Assembly: GCF_963921235.1 (NCBI RefSeq) | Contig: NC_086097.1 | Location: forward strand, 200,758,001-200,822,000 | From: Mobula hypostoma | Lineage: Eukaryota | DNA: 64,000 bases | Direction of reading: 5' to 3' | In this document: in pieces, positions 12,900-25,480 of the stretch | Layout: each line of letters opens with the position of its first letter | Position numbering within the stretch: the first letter of the stretch is position 1 | The notes under the pieces: model-generated | Told to the model about the DNA's origin: nothing | Database searches by the model: none | What the model saw: only the letters and a program-made list of their open reading frames with translations | Made by a program: the position numbers and the translations under genes

Positions 12900-14055
12900 T
12901 AGTGGCGCAATTCCCTACTCAAGTTTCCAACCAACAGCCATGTGGCTAATGGTTGCTGGAGGACACAATCATTGAAATGCTGCCTAAATTCCCTTTTGGC
13001 AGGTATGACACTTTGGGCATCTCTGAGTTGTGGTTGAAAGAAGGTCACAATTGGGAGCTTAACATTCAAGGATACATATTGTATCACAAGGACAGGCAGG
13101 TAGGCAGGGGAGGTGGGGTGGCTCTATTGACAAACAATTAAATCAAATCCTTAGAAAGAGCTGACATAGTGTTGGAAGATGTAGAATCCTTGTTGGTAGA
13201 GTTGAGAAACTGCAAGGATAAAAAAGACCCTGATGGAAGTTGTATACAGGCCTCTGAACAGTAGCCAGGATGTGGGCTACAAATTACAGAGGGAGATAGA
13301 AAAGGCATGTAAAACGGGCAATGTTACAATAATCATGGGGAATTCAATATGCAGATAGATTGGGAAAATCAGGTTGGTCCTGAATCCCAAGAGAAGAATT
13401 TGTAGAATACCCACAAGATAACTTATTAGAACAGGTTGTGATTGAGGGAATCACAATTCTGGATTAGGTGTTAGGTAATGATCCAGATTTGATTAGGAAG
13501 CTTAAGATAAAGGAACCCTAAGGAGGCAGTGATGATAATATGATAGAATTCACACTGCATGCAGGATTGCCTAAAAGTTAACTTGCAGGTTGAGTTGGTG
13601 GTAAGACATTGGTTAGACTGCACTTGGAGTATTGTGAACAATTTGAGGAGTGTTTGATGGCTCTGGGCCTACATTAGAAGAATGAGGGAGAATCTCATTG
13701 AAACCTATTGAATATTGAAAGGTCTGGATAGAGTGGATGTGGAGAGGATTTTTTTTTTTCTGTAGAGGCAGACTAGAGGACATAGCCTGAGAATTGAGGG
13801 ACCTTAATTTTGAACCAAGATAAGGAAAAATTTCTGTAGCTGGGGAATCTGTGGAATTCTTTTTCACAAATGGCTGTGTAGCCAGGTCATTGGGTGTAAT
13901 TAAGGCGGAGGTCAACAGGTTCTTGTTTGATCAGGGCATCAAGGGTTACAGGGAGAAGGCAGGAAATGGGGTTGAGAGGGACAATAAATCAGCCATGATG
14001 GAATGGCAGGACAGAAATGGGCTGAATAGCCTAATTCTGCTCCTAGGTCTTAAGG
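12900..14055 (+). mobile_element. Internally deleted CR1 LINE (APE endonuclease joined to 3' end)
   Basis: ORF 12953..13141 gives YDTLGISELWL...GYILYHKDRQVGRGGGVALL (APE domain). At about 13560 the sequence jumps to the RT C-terminus and the CR1 tail gggctgaatagcctaattctgctcct. Confidence 0.85.
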
Positions 14056-14600
14056 TGTTTTTGCGGCCTATCAAAGTTACTCTCCCTTTGGTTCAGAAAC
14101 ACTGTTTGATTTGAAGCAGTCCACTGAAGCCCAAATTCTGATTACTAACTAAAAACTGTCTCCTCAGTCAAAGAAAATATCAGCAAACATTCAATTTCAA
14201 CTTAGAGACATTTCATTGAGTTCCAGTCAGTGCATTGACTGTGTTTTCTCATAATGTGTGAGTTAATACATCCACATACCACAATGCTTAGATAATGATC
14301 TACCCAAATTGATTTTTCCATTTAAAAAACTGAAAACATCATAGAGTGATAGGTGTTAACCACAAATCCAATTGAATCTAGGTGAATTGTCATCCAATAA
14401 TAGAAAAAAATAAAGGGTTTTGTATACTGTCATGAAACACTAGTTTGACTTGGAAGTGTAAAATGGTAGGTATTGGCAACAAAGCAATGAGAAAAGATCT
14501 GCTATTGTTCATCCAGCTATAGTTGTACATACAATTTTATATTTACCAACAAAATAATGATTGAAATATTACAAAAAATATTGTATCAAATCCACCTCAC

Positions 14601-14758
14601 CATGCTCCAGCTGTATCCACCAACAAGATAAATATTATCGTCTAGCACTGCGCATCCTGGACCACTGCGACCCTCTAAGATGGGAGTTTGGAGAATGTTC
14701 CACTGATCACCTTTGGGGTCATAACATTCAACGAGCATAACATCAAGATGTGAGAAAC
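14601..14758 (-). CDS. KLHL14: KLHL14 coding exon (158 nt)
   Basis: gtctag|GT TTC TCA...AGC ATG|gtgagg; translates to FSHLDVMLVECYDPKGDQWNILQTPILEGRSGPGCAVLDDNIYLVGGYSWSM. Overlaps ORF 14586..14783. Confidence 0.97.
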
Positions 14759-16109
14759 CTAGACCAAAAAGAAGCATTTTCAATCAAGTTATTGAGTTGA
14801 GAACAGTTGTTCTTGAGTCAACTATTGACATCTGCTTATTTCAGTGCAGCTCTTGACAGTAAATAAAGCTACCTTACAGCTGTCTGCCTAATTTAGATAC
14901 TTAGCCACATAGCAATTAAAACAGTTAATGAAAGTAGTTCCAATTTTAAACAAGAAACTAAACTTACTGATGGAAACATTTCTGTATCACTGCAAATCCT
15001 AACTATTTTCTTAATCAATAATTTCATTTTATAAGACACAACAGGAACTTTATCTAGCTCTTGATTTTTTTATGGTGATATTTTCAATTTGATGGTTAGA
15101 CTTCAGAAGCAAACCATAACAATTTGCAAGAGCAGTTTCACAGGGGTCATCATTTATATCAGGCTTTCAATCATTCAGTAAATAAAACAAGCAAGCAAGA
15201 TGGTATTAACCTTATGGAAGGAAGCAACGATTTTCAAACAAGTTAAGAGGCCATTGCTATTACGTGCCACATTGATTCCAAACCATAATGGAGACCGGAC
15301 TATGGACATTAAAATGCTTACTAATCACAGTATCATTCAAATTATTTATTGAATTTAGTTTTATGAGATCATTTTTGTCATTCTTCTTTAAATACAATTA
15401 CAAAGAATTTCTGTAAGATTTTTCAATGCATTTATAGCACCTGGGCATCATGAGCAAGGCTAGTGCTTATTATTCATCTCCAATAGCTCTTGAGAAGACA
15501 AATGTGTAAGTTCATTCGTACTGTTGAATTCAACATATCCGTAAAAGGTTAGGGATTATTTTTCAATAAAGCTCTCCTGCAATCTTCTTTGTTCCAAAAC
15601 AAACATGCCAATCTCCCTTACAAACGAGAGATGGCGCCCATGAGTGGCGAGTCTTTGGGTGCACCACTGATAGGAATCATCAATTCCCATTTAGGACTAC
15701 TACAGCTCAAATCTACAGTCACAGCCATGGGTACTTCAGGAAGGAACATTGATTTAAGGTATTTCAAATATCTATTGATATTCAAAATCAGCAGGTCCCG
15801 AACTACAGATTTGGGTCATGAGTGCAGTTCCACTTTAAGAAAACAGAATTGGGGTCAGCATGCTGGTTTATAGCTACAATTGAAGTGCAGCGGCCTTAGA
15901 GCCCAACTCCTGACTAAGCTGCTGGTGAATGTACAGTCTCTGGAAAGTAAAAGTGAAGACTTCAGAGCAAGATTGCAGTAGTAGAAGGACATCAGGGACT
16001 GCAGTGCACTTTGTTTCACAGAACCATATATGGCTAACATACATCATTTTGGATGTAGCACTACAGCCTGATAAAACACCTTTTATACACACTTTGAAAG
16101 GGAGAATAA

Positions 16110-17560
16110 AACTACCAGTGTGAACATCTCAGCAGTATCTTGGAATCTTGTCAGAACGCCTATCAAGAGGGTGAACCCTTGGAAGGTATCACACCCTGAT
16201 GGTGTACCTGGTAAGGCACTGAAAACCTTTGCAAACCAACTAGTGTGACTGTTCAAGGACATCTTCAATCTCTCACTGCTGCCTTTGGAGGTACCCACCT
16301 ACTTCAAAAGCACAATAATCGTTCCAGTGCCCAGGAAGAGTAGGGTGAGCTGTCTTGACAACTACCACTCAGTTGCACTCATGTTGTCTGTGATGAAGTG
16401 CTTTGAGAGGTTGGTCATGGCCAGAATCAACTCATGCCTAATGAAGGGCCTGGATCCACTGCAATTTGTCTTTCACTACAGTAGGTTTACAGCAGATGCA
16501 GTCTCACTGGCTCTCCACTATGCCTTGGATCACCTGCACAATAGTAATACTTCCGTAAAGCTGCTGTTTAGTGATTGCAGCTCAGTGTTCAAGACAATAT
16601 CCTCAGTTCTAATCAACAAGTTTAAAAACCTGGGCCTCCACACCTCCCTCTGGAACTGGATCCTTGATTTCTTTATTAGGAGACCACAATCAGTGCAGAT
16701 TGGAAATAACATTTACACCTCACTGAAAATCACCTCAAGGATGTGTGCTTAGCCCACTGCTCTGCTCTCTCAACACCCATGACTGTGTGGCGTGGCTCGG
16801 CACAGCTCAAGCACCATCTATAAATTTGACACTGACACAAGTATTGTTGGCACAGTTTCAGATGATGACAAGGAGGTGTTTAGGAGTGAGATAGATCAGC
16901 TGTTTAAGTGGTCTCGCAAAAACAACCTTGCACTAGGGTGAGCAGTTTCAAGTTCCAGGGTGTCAATATTTCTGAAGATCTATTCTGGGCCCAACAGATT
17001 GACGCAATTACAAAGAAGCCATGGCAGTAGCAATATTTCATTAGGATTTTGAGGAGAATTGGTATGTCACCAAAGACTCTCACAAATTTTAACTGCTTGC
17101 GTCACCATCTGGTATGGAGGGGCCACTGCACAGGACTGGAAAAGTTGCAGAAAGTGGTAAACTCAGTGGGTGCCATCATGAACACGAACCTCCCCAGCAT
17201 CCTTCAAAAGATGATGCCTCAAAAAGGAAGCATGTATCATCAAGAACCCCTATTACCCAAGACATGTCCTCTTCTCATTGCTACCATCAAGGAGGAGCTA
17301 CAGGTGCTTGAAGACACACACTCGACTTTTCAGGAAGAGCTTCTTCCCTTCCACCGTCAGATTTCTGAATGGACAATGAATCCATGAACACTACCTCACT
17401 ATTTTTTTATATCTCTTTTCGTACAACTTATTTAATTTAATTTTTTATATAAACTTCTTATTGTAATTTGTATTTTTATTATGTATTGGAGAGTACTGCT
17501 GCCTGAAAATGAAAAATACACCACATACCTGTATGCCAGTGATACTAAACTTTATTCAGA
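16110..17560 (+). mobile_element. Degraded Rex1/Babar LINE (RT and 3' tail)
   Basis: ORF 16285..16752 gives VPTYFKSTIIVPVPRKS...MKCFERLV...LDPLQF, with frameshifts and an AT-rich tail. Confidence 0.85.
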
Positions 17561-17677
17561 TTTCTATATTTTCAATCCTGGCAAGATCATTGTAAATTTC
17601 TTGTAATATCTACCATTTCCTATAGCGTACTGACCAGAAATGTGCACAATAAAAATGCCATGTCCTTTCTAGTGTGG

Positions 17678-19740
17678 TATACTTTATACTTTATACTTTA
17701 TTGTCGCCAAACAATTGATACTAGAACGTACAATCATCACAGCGATATTTGATTTTGCGCTTCGCACTCCCTGGATTTCAAATACTAAATATTAAAAATA
17801 TTAAAATATTTAAAATTAGTAAATATTAAAAATTTAAATTATAAATCATAAATAGAAAATAGAAAAATAGGAAGTAAGGTAGTGCAAAAAAAACCCGAGA
17901 GGCAGGTCTGGATATTTGGAGGGTACGGCCCAGATCTGGGTCAGAATCCGTTCAGCAGTCTTATCTGAACTGGAAAGAAGCTGTTCCCAAATCTGGCTGT
18001 ACGAGTCTTCAAGCTCCTGAGCCTTCTTCCGGAGGGAAGAGGGACGAAAAGTGTGTTGGCTGGGTGGGTCGTGTCCTTGATTATCCTGGCAGCACTGCTT
18101 CGACAGCGTGCGGTGTAAAGAGGGTCCATGGACGGCAGATTGGTTTGTGTGATGTGCTGCACTGTATTCACGATCTTCTGCAGCTTCTTTTGGTCTTGGA
18201 CAGGACAACTTCCATACCAGGTTGTGATGCACCCTCGAAGAATGCTTTCTACGGTGCATCTATAAAAATTAGTGAGGGTTTTAGGGGACAGGCAAAATTT
18301 CTTTAGTTTTCTCAGGAAGTAAAGGCGCTGGTGGGCATTCTTGGCAGTGAACTCTGCTTGGTTGGACCAAGTCAGGTCATTTGTGATACCGACCCCGAGG
18401 AACTTAAAGCTTTTGACCTGTTCCACTTGCGCACCACCGATGTAAATTGGGTCGTGCGGTCCGCTACTCCTTCTGAAGTCAACAACCAATTCCTTCATCT
18501 TGCTGACGTTGAGAGATAGGTTATTGTCTTCGCACCATGCCACCAGGTTCTTAATTTCCTCTCCGTACTCAAACTCATCATTACCCGAGATACGGCCTAC
18601 AATTGTTGTGTCATCAGCAAACTTATACAAACGTTTGTATATTGAGTTTGATGGAAACTTGGCTACACAATCATGGGTGTACAGTGAGTACAGCAGGGGG
18701 CTGAGTACACAGCCTTGTGGGGCACCGGTGCTCAGAGTGATTGTAGAGGAGAGCTTGTCCCCTATTTTTACAGCCTGGGTCCTGTCTGTGAGGAAGTTGA
18801 AGATCCAGCTGCAGATCTGAGTGCTAAGGCCCAGGTTCCGGAGCTTAGGAATCAGTTTATTTGGAATGATGATATTAAAAACAGAGCTCTAGTCAATGAA
18901 AAGGAGCCTTACGTATGGGTCTTTATTCTCCTGGTGTTCTAAGGAGGAACGTAAGGCCAGAGAGATGGCGAATTGCAAAGTGTCGAGGTTGACCGGTAGG
19001 CTGTGGTTGATGTGTGCCATAACCAATCTCTCGAAGCACGTCATAGCAATTGATGTCGGAGCCACAGGTTGATAGTCATTCAAGCATGCCACCTTGCTCT
19101 TCTTCGGCACTGGGATTATCGTTGCCTTCTTAAAACACGAGGGGATCTTAGACTGAAGCACGGAGCAGTTGAAGATGTCAGTAAACACTCTAGCTAGCAC
19201 GCTTGCACAGGCCCAGAGAACCTGTCCTGGTACGCCATCTGGGCCCGTCACCTTCCTTGGATTTATCTTCAGGAAGGCCTTTCTAACGTCCTCCTTGGTG
19301 ACGATGAATCTTGATGCCACCAGGTCCGGTTCATCCAGAGGGAGCGGGACGCTCCTCTTCTGTTCGAATCTTGCGTAGAATATGTTAAGTTCATCAGGAA
19401 GAGAAGTGCCACAGTTATTGATATTCCCAGCCTTTTCTTTGCGCCCAGTGATCTCATTTAGACCCTGCCATAGTCTGCTGGCATTTCTTTGGTTAGCCTG
19501 GGCTTCTAACTTGGCTCGATATTGCCTCTTGGCGCCCTTAATGGCTTTCCGGAGTTCACGCCTGGATTCCGTGTAGCGACTGGTATCCCCGGACCTAAAA
19601 GCCGCAGCTCTAGCCTTTAAAAGGGACTTGACCTCATAATTCATGCAAGGTTTCCGGTTAGGGAATACCCGGATCGTCTTGTGAGACACATAGCCTTCCG
19701 TGCATTTCCAAATAAAGTCCGTGACAGCTGAGGCATACAT
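17678..19740 (-). mobile_element. Relatively young Rex1/Babar LINE, RT-containing 3' portion
   Basis: ORFs 18889..19740 (GPDGVPG, FKKATIIPVPKK) and 17941..18630 (YKFADD, FKFLG). 3' tail AATAAAG followed by (TATAAAG)n. Confidence 0.92.
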
Positions 19741-19754
19741 ATATTCTTACGTTA

Positions 19755-20162
19755 AAGATGGCGCCGGTAACTGGTGACTTTGCACGTGCTCTCCCGAGCA
19801 AACTGCCCTCTCCACTATCCTATACCCGGGAAACCCTTCTAAACCTCCAATTTAGCAAGATCAAGATCAACAACACCCTGGTGAAGCTACTGACCGAGCT
19901 GGAGACCACCGCGCCAGAACTAATTCTTAAACTCCAGACCGCACCTGGACCCGACCAGCTAGGCCCACCACGTTCCCGGAGACCGGCGGTCTGCTACCGT
20001 GCCGGTGTGCTTGGAGTCACGGCCCATTCCGACCAGCACCTCTCCAGAGCAGACGATCACACAGGAGTGACGGAGGAGACCTCAAGGTGCCCCAGACGCT
20101 TCCCCGAAGCGACCACCATAAAGCCCCGTTGGTGGCCATACACAGCTGCTGGAAGTGAGGCC
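19755..20162 (+). mobile_element. Inverted 5' end of a Rex1/Babar LINE
   Basis: Begins AAGATGGCGCC and is GC/CpG-rich. ORF 19758..20165 carries an LSYTRETLLNL motif resembling the N-termini of these LINE ORFs. It abuts the minus-strand RT part head to head. Confidence 0.65.
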
Positions 20163-20286
20163 TAGTATATAGTTCTAGCATGCTCGTCCTGCTCTTAGAA
20201 TCTAAGTATTAGCTTATAAAGGGAAGCATCCCTTTTGCCTTTTTAATCAGCTTATCAACCTTCTTGCTATCTTTATGTATCTATGG

Positions 20287-20943
20287 CAGACAGCCCACCC
20301 TGCAAAAACTCATTTCAGGGAGGTAGCACCATCAATTTGCAGGAGACTTCCGGGAGAGGTGGGATGTCTGCAATAGAGTAGCTCCTTAGCAGTCAGCCAG
20401 CTAGTTTAAATAATGTTCGCTATGCCAATGAACGAATGACACCTGTTAAACTCACCTCAACATGACTTTTACATTTTAACCCACCATGGGCAATAGAAAA
20501 GTCACTGTTGCAAACAGTGCAGCGAGCAACACTGTCATTATTTTTGACCCCTATTAGGCAGGGGTACACTTTAGTGTAGTCTGGGGTGACGTATGTTTTA
20601 TATTTTCTTTTTTTGGAACACTCTGCCACTTTGACTTTTTTTGGAACTCTCTCGCTCTTGCTCTTGCTCTCGCTCTCTATCGCTCTTGCTTTCTCGCTCT
20701 TGCTCTCGCTCTCTCGCGCTTGCTTTCTCGCTCTCGCCCTTGCTTTCTCACTCTCGCCCTTGCTTTCTCGCTGTCGCTCTCACTCTCTCTCGCGCTGCTT
20801 TCTTGCTCTTGCGCTCACTCTCTCGCTCTGCTTGCTCTCAAAAAAATCAATTTCCAGGATATTGTATAGAATTTGCGGGCATCAGGGAGCCACTATTAAT
20901 TTACGGGAGACTCCCGGAACTTCCGGGAGAGGTGGGATGTCTG
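20287..20943 (-). mobile_element. Non-autonomous hAT-type DNA transposon with 6-bp target-site duplication
   Basis: Terminal inverted repeats cagacagcccacc/ggtgggatgtctg (12 of 13 match), flanked on both sides by ctatgg. ORF 20420..20629 gives ARCTVCNSDFSIAHGG, a zinc-finger N-terminus of hAT transposases. Confidence 0.85.
20646..20840. repeat. (CTCTCG/CTCTTG/CTTT)n simple repeat inside the hAT element
   Basis: Directly visible low-complexity tract. Confidence 0.9.
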
Positions 20944-23900
20944 CTATGGCCCTACACACCGAAGTCTCTTTGTTCCTCTTCACTTTTCAGTCTTCAACCA
21001 TTACCTTACTTTGCTACAGCTCCCCAGATCGATTAATTCATACTTATTCAGGTGGAGTTCCATTAGCCATTTTACTTCTTAAATACCAAATAGTCTCCAT
21101 CCACCTGTAGTCTGAAGCTTTCTTCTTCCCTATCAATTATATAGTATGACCAATTTTTCTACCTTTGTTTCTTTTAAGTCTGTAATATACAGTATTTAAT
21201 CTTGGCCTCTAGATTCGTGCACTTTCAAAGATGTAAAACCAGATTAGAATTCCTCCTCTATTTTCTTTTCTGCCTGTATTCATCCTTTTGAATATTTCAC
21301 ATTCTTCCTCTTTAACTATGATGTTCCCTTCTTCTGTGTAAATAGCCACAAAAAAAAATAGCCATTGAGATCCTTAATCACCACTTCTGCCTCCACAAAT
21401 TGGTGTCCTTTAATTCCCTGATTGGCCCTCTTCTTTCCTCGAAATATCCCATTGTTCTTTATACAATTATAAAACATCTTTAGATTCTTTACAACTTTTT
21501 CATAATATATTTTTCCAAATTTTCCTTCTACTATAGTAATGCCATCTGGATCCAATCTTTTGACCTTTCTGACCAGGCTGCCATGGACTCTTGTTCAAAG
21601 GTTTGCTTTTCCTACAATGGGAAAATGACCCTTATTGACCAGAATTTTCCCACGTTTGCTATTCTTTCTCCATCTAAATATTTGGATGTCTATCATATAC
21701 TTCTGCAGTGTGTTTGCTCAATTGATACAGCTAAATTGATGTCCCTTTCAACATATCATCACTTCTCACTCCTATAATTGTTCCTTTAACCACTATCATC
21801 ATACAAAATATGTTTTCCATCTCATTTTGTAATCAGAATCATTCCTTTCCCCTACAAGTTATTATTTAATAAAAGAAAATATATTACTCCTCTGGTTCAC
21901 GTCCCTCCACAATGTGGTTCCAGCTGCTCATCATTCCCTTCCCATCGGACTCCACCTATCACCCACACTCCCATTCGTACTACTGCCAACCTTTCCTTTT
22001 CCGACCTAAAATGTTGACTTGCACCTTTTGCTCTTCAGATGATGCTTGATCAATTTGAGGTCTTCCAGTGTTATATTCTTTTTCTAGATCCTAGCAACTA
22101 CAGTTTCTTTTTGTCTCCAGATGCCTACCTGTGCTTTCAGCTCATATTCATTGCATTTAAACACACACCATTAAGCCAGATCAGACTCCTTTTTTGTCTA
22201 ATTTCCAATTGCTCCTTGCTCTGCCTTCCAAATACTCTCATTAGTTTCTGTCTTTCATTTCGAGCATTGCTTCTCTCCTTTCTGAATCTTTGCTCACCTT
22301 TGCTGTGGTTCTGGAGTCACATTAAATTAACTGACCCCTTCCACCAGCTCAAATTACCAATCTGCTGTCCCAATTTTGCATGAACAATACGCAAATTTAT
22401 CATGAGTGTGCTAATGCAATATACTGGTAAGAAGATGGCAAATCAGTTGAGCTATACACAAGAACATTTATTATACAAATTAAATACCATTTACTGCAGT
22501 GGTCTTCCCTACAAATTTATAAATTAAATGAAAATCTGACTATTTAATATAAACAGCAGTTGCAAGATTTATTGATTACATAAAAGCAGCTGCTCTTTTA
22601 ATAAAGGGGCCGATATTTAATCAAATGGTTTTTGAAATTTAGAAATAACGCAAGCAATCAGAACAGAACAATATATCAAAGACATTAAATAATACGAGGA
22701 GAATGACCTCAAAAACTATAATTTAATAGAAATAAAACTTGCAAAAATATGAAAAATATGTGACAAATGAATGTTTTTAAATAATGTCAGTAAATTAAAT
22801 AGGGCTGGCATAATGAAGTGATTTAAAGCAGAGAGTGAATAAACGCTGAACTACACAGATTAACTTCCCTGTAAAATAATTAATCTGAAATAGAGCAGCA
22901 GGGTAGGTGAGTACAGCTGTGTGACTGAAGCTCAGTGCTTGGCAAAAAATAGCAGAGCTGATTTCAGACCAGTCCTTCCCATTCTTTAGCCATTTTGAGC
23001 ATCAAATAGGCATCCGTGTTTCATGCTCAACTTTGTGGCATGTAGCACATTTGCAATGTGCTAGGTAGGCAGGTCAGAACATTGATCTAACCTCAGGATT
23101 GCTGTTTTGCAACTCATCGCTACACTACACTCCTTCAGCTGAGAGTTGTGCAAGAGGGTGAGCTCCATCCCTCATAAAAAGAATCATTCATTACATCTAC
23201 GTTAGTTGTTGAATGATTCTTGCTGCTACTGTGCTTTCCACTGTTTTAAGCATTATGTGTGGCACGTAAGTCCACCAGGAGTTATACAGAAGGCTCTGAA
23301 GAACTTTTTATTGAACTCAGGCTTCTATGCAGACTAGTTACACCCAGAAATGCATACAAAAGAAAGATTTTATGACAGTGGAACCTGAAGACACAGTGTG
23401 TTTATATTTTCAGAAGACATGTGACATATAAAATTTTCGTGCACGGGAACAGTATTATGGGAAATGTGTTTGCAATTAATACGTGGGTCTTTCTCAAGCT
23501 AGAAGGATATGACCAGTGGAGTGCCCTAAGGTTTAATTCTTGGCCCTCACTTATTTATCATTAATAGTAATGATCTGCAGAATTTAAGATAACCAAGTAA
23601 GAAGCATGAATGAGGCATTCAGCTTAAACATACAGTACATCTCAGAGGTGGAACACCTGTGGCATTTCAGAATCTCTCAAATTTGGACACTTAATCTTTT
23701 TAATCTGCAGTTAATGGAGACTCTGGGGCTGGTGGGTGAGATATTTTAACAGCTGAGAGTACTGAGCTTTGCATGCAATAGTGGTTTAAATTCACAAAAG
23801 TACTTGGCAAAGAAAAACAATATGCAAACTCACTGGTTCCCAGATTCAAGCCGAGCATGGCAGGCAGGGATTGAGGATGTCACACGAGACACAAATTGGT

Positions 23901-24730
23901 CATTAGGATATATTTTAGCAGCAGCATCATGGTTTAACCTAGGGTGTGTGGGCTTCCTGAGCCTGCAGAAACTGAAGCTTACTGAAAGCAGAGGAGCAGT
24001 GGATGAAAGCTGAACAGCTTAAAATGTAATCTCCCCATAAGCTCTGCATGCTCCCAGCTGTTCTCCCAAGTGACAGTAGCTGTATTGATTCATTTCTTGA
24101 CAAGCTTGGAGAAGTTTTTAAGAGGACAAGTGTTAACCTTATTCTCTATCTTCCTGCTTTTAGATATTTTTACTTGCCTACTGCAGCTCGTGATTCTTCA
24201 CTGAGAGTTTAAAAAAAGTGCAGGTGATGCAACAATAGAGTGGGGCCAGAGGATCAGCTGCCCAGCTGTACCACAGGAGCAGCAGTGCCTGTTACCAAGT
24301 ATCGTGACAGAAGAGTAACCTGCAGCAACCTCCGATCTGCTCACAGGAGGCTCAGCTTGCTTGCCTTGTCAGATCAGGCCTGGCTCAGGAGGCTCAAACT
24401 ATCACAGTCAGTGGTGACTGAACTTTGATCCAGACTTACTACCTGTTGAACTCGGTGAGCATGCTCTGTCTGTGGCTGCCAAACTGATGCAGCTCTCAAC
24501 CTCTACAAATAAGGATTATTTCAAAGTTCTTCACGAGAAGCACCTTAGTCAGCAAATATTGTTGTGTCTTTATTATTTTAGAGATATGCCCTTCTGGCCC
24601 AGTGAGTCCGAGCTGCACATTTACACCCATATGACCAACTAACCTCTGAATCCGTATGTCTTTGAATTGTGGAAGGAAACCCATGTGGTCACAAGGAGAA
24701 CATGTAAACTCCAAACTGAACCCAGATTCA

Positions 24731-25480
24731 AACAACTTCTCCTTCAATGTCGCAAAAACAAAGGAGCTGGTTGTGGACTACAGGAAGAATGGAGACAGCC
24801 TAGCCCCTATTGACATCAATGGATCTGGGGTTGAGGAGATGAACAGCTTTAAGTTTCTCGGCATAAACATCACTGAGGATCTCACATGATCTGTACATTC
24901 CGGCTGTGTGGTGAAAAAAAGCACAACAGCGCCTTTTTCACCTCAGACAGTAGAAGAGTTTGGTGTGGGCTCCCAAATCCTAAGAACTTTCTATAGGGGC
25001 ACGATTAAGAGCATCCTGACAGGCTGCATCACTGCCTGGTATGGGAACTGTACTTCTCTCAATCGCAGGACTCTGTAGAGAGTGGTGCGGACTGCCCAGC
25101 ACATCTGTGGCTGTGAATTTCCCACTATTCAGGACATTTACAAAGACAGGTGTGTAAAAAGGGCTCGAGGGATCAATGGGGACCTGAGTAACCTCAACCA
25201 CAAACTGTTCCAGCTGCTACCATCTGGGAAATGGTACAACAGCATAAAAGTCAGGACCAATAGGCTCCAGGACAGCTTTTTCCACCAGGTCTTCAGACTG
25301 ATTAACTCATGCTGATACAATTGTACTTCTATGTTATATTGACTATCCTGTTGAACATAATATTTATTATGAATTACTATAAATTGCACATTGCACATTT
25401 AGACAAAGACGTATCGTAAAGGTTTTTACTCCTCATGTGTATGAAGGATGTAAGTAATAAAGTCAATTCAACTCAATTCT
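24731..25480 (+). mobile_element. Rex1/Babar LINE 3' fragment
   Basis: NVAKTKELVVDYRK...SFKFLGINITEDL; tail aataaagtcaattcaactcaattc. Confidence 0.88.

Noticed and set aside
17941..19740. Possible active or domesticated reverse transcriptase, or a retron-like system
   Set aside because: The frame is broken between the two ORFs, there is no endonuclease domain, and it ends in a LINE tail; it is a dead LINE copy.
20586..21110. 174-aa and 131-aa Leu/Ser/Arg-rich ORFs
   Set aside because: They are open only because the CT-rich microsatellite contains no stop codons.
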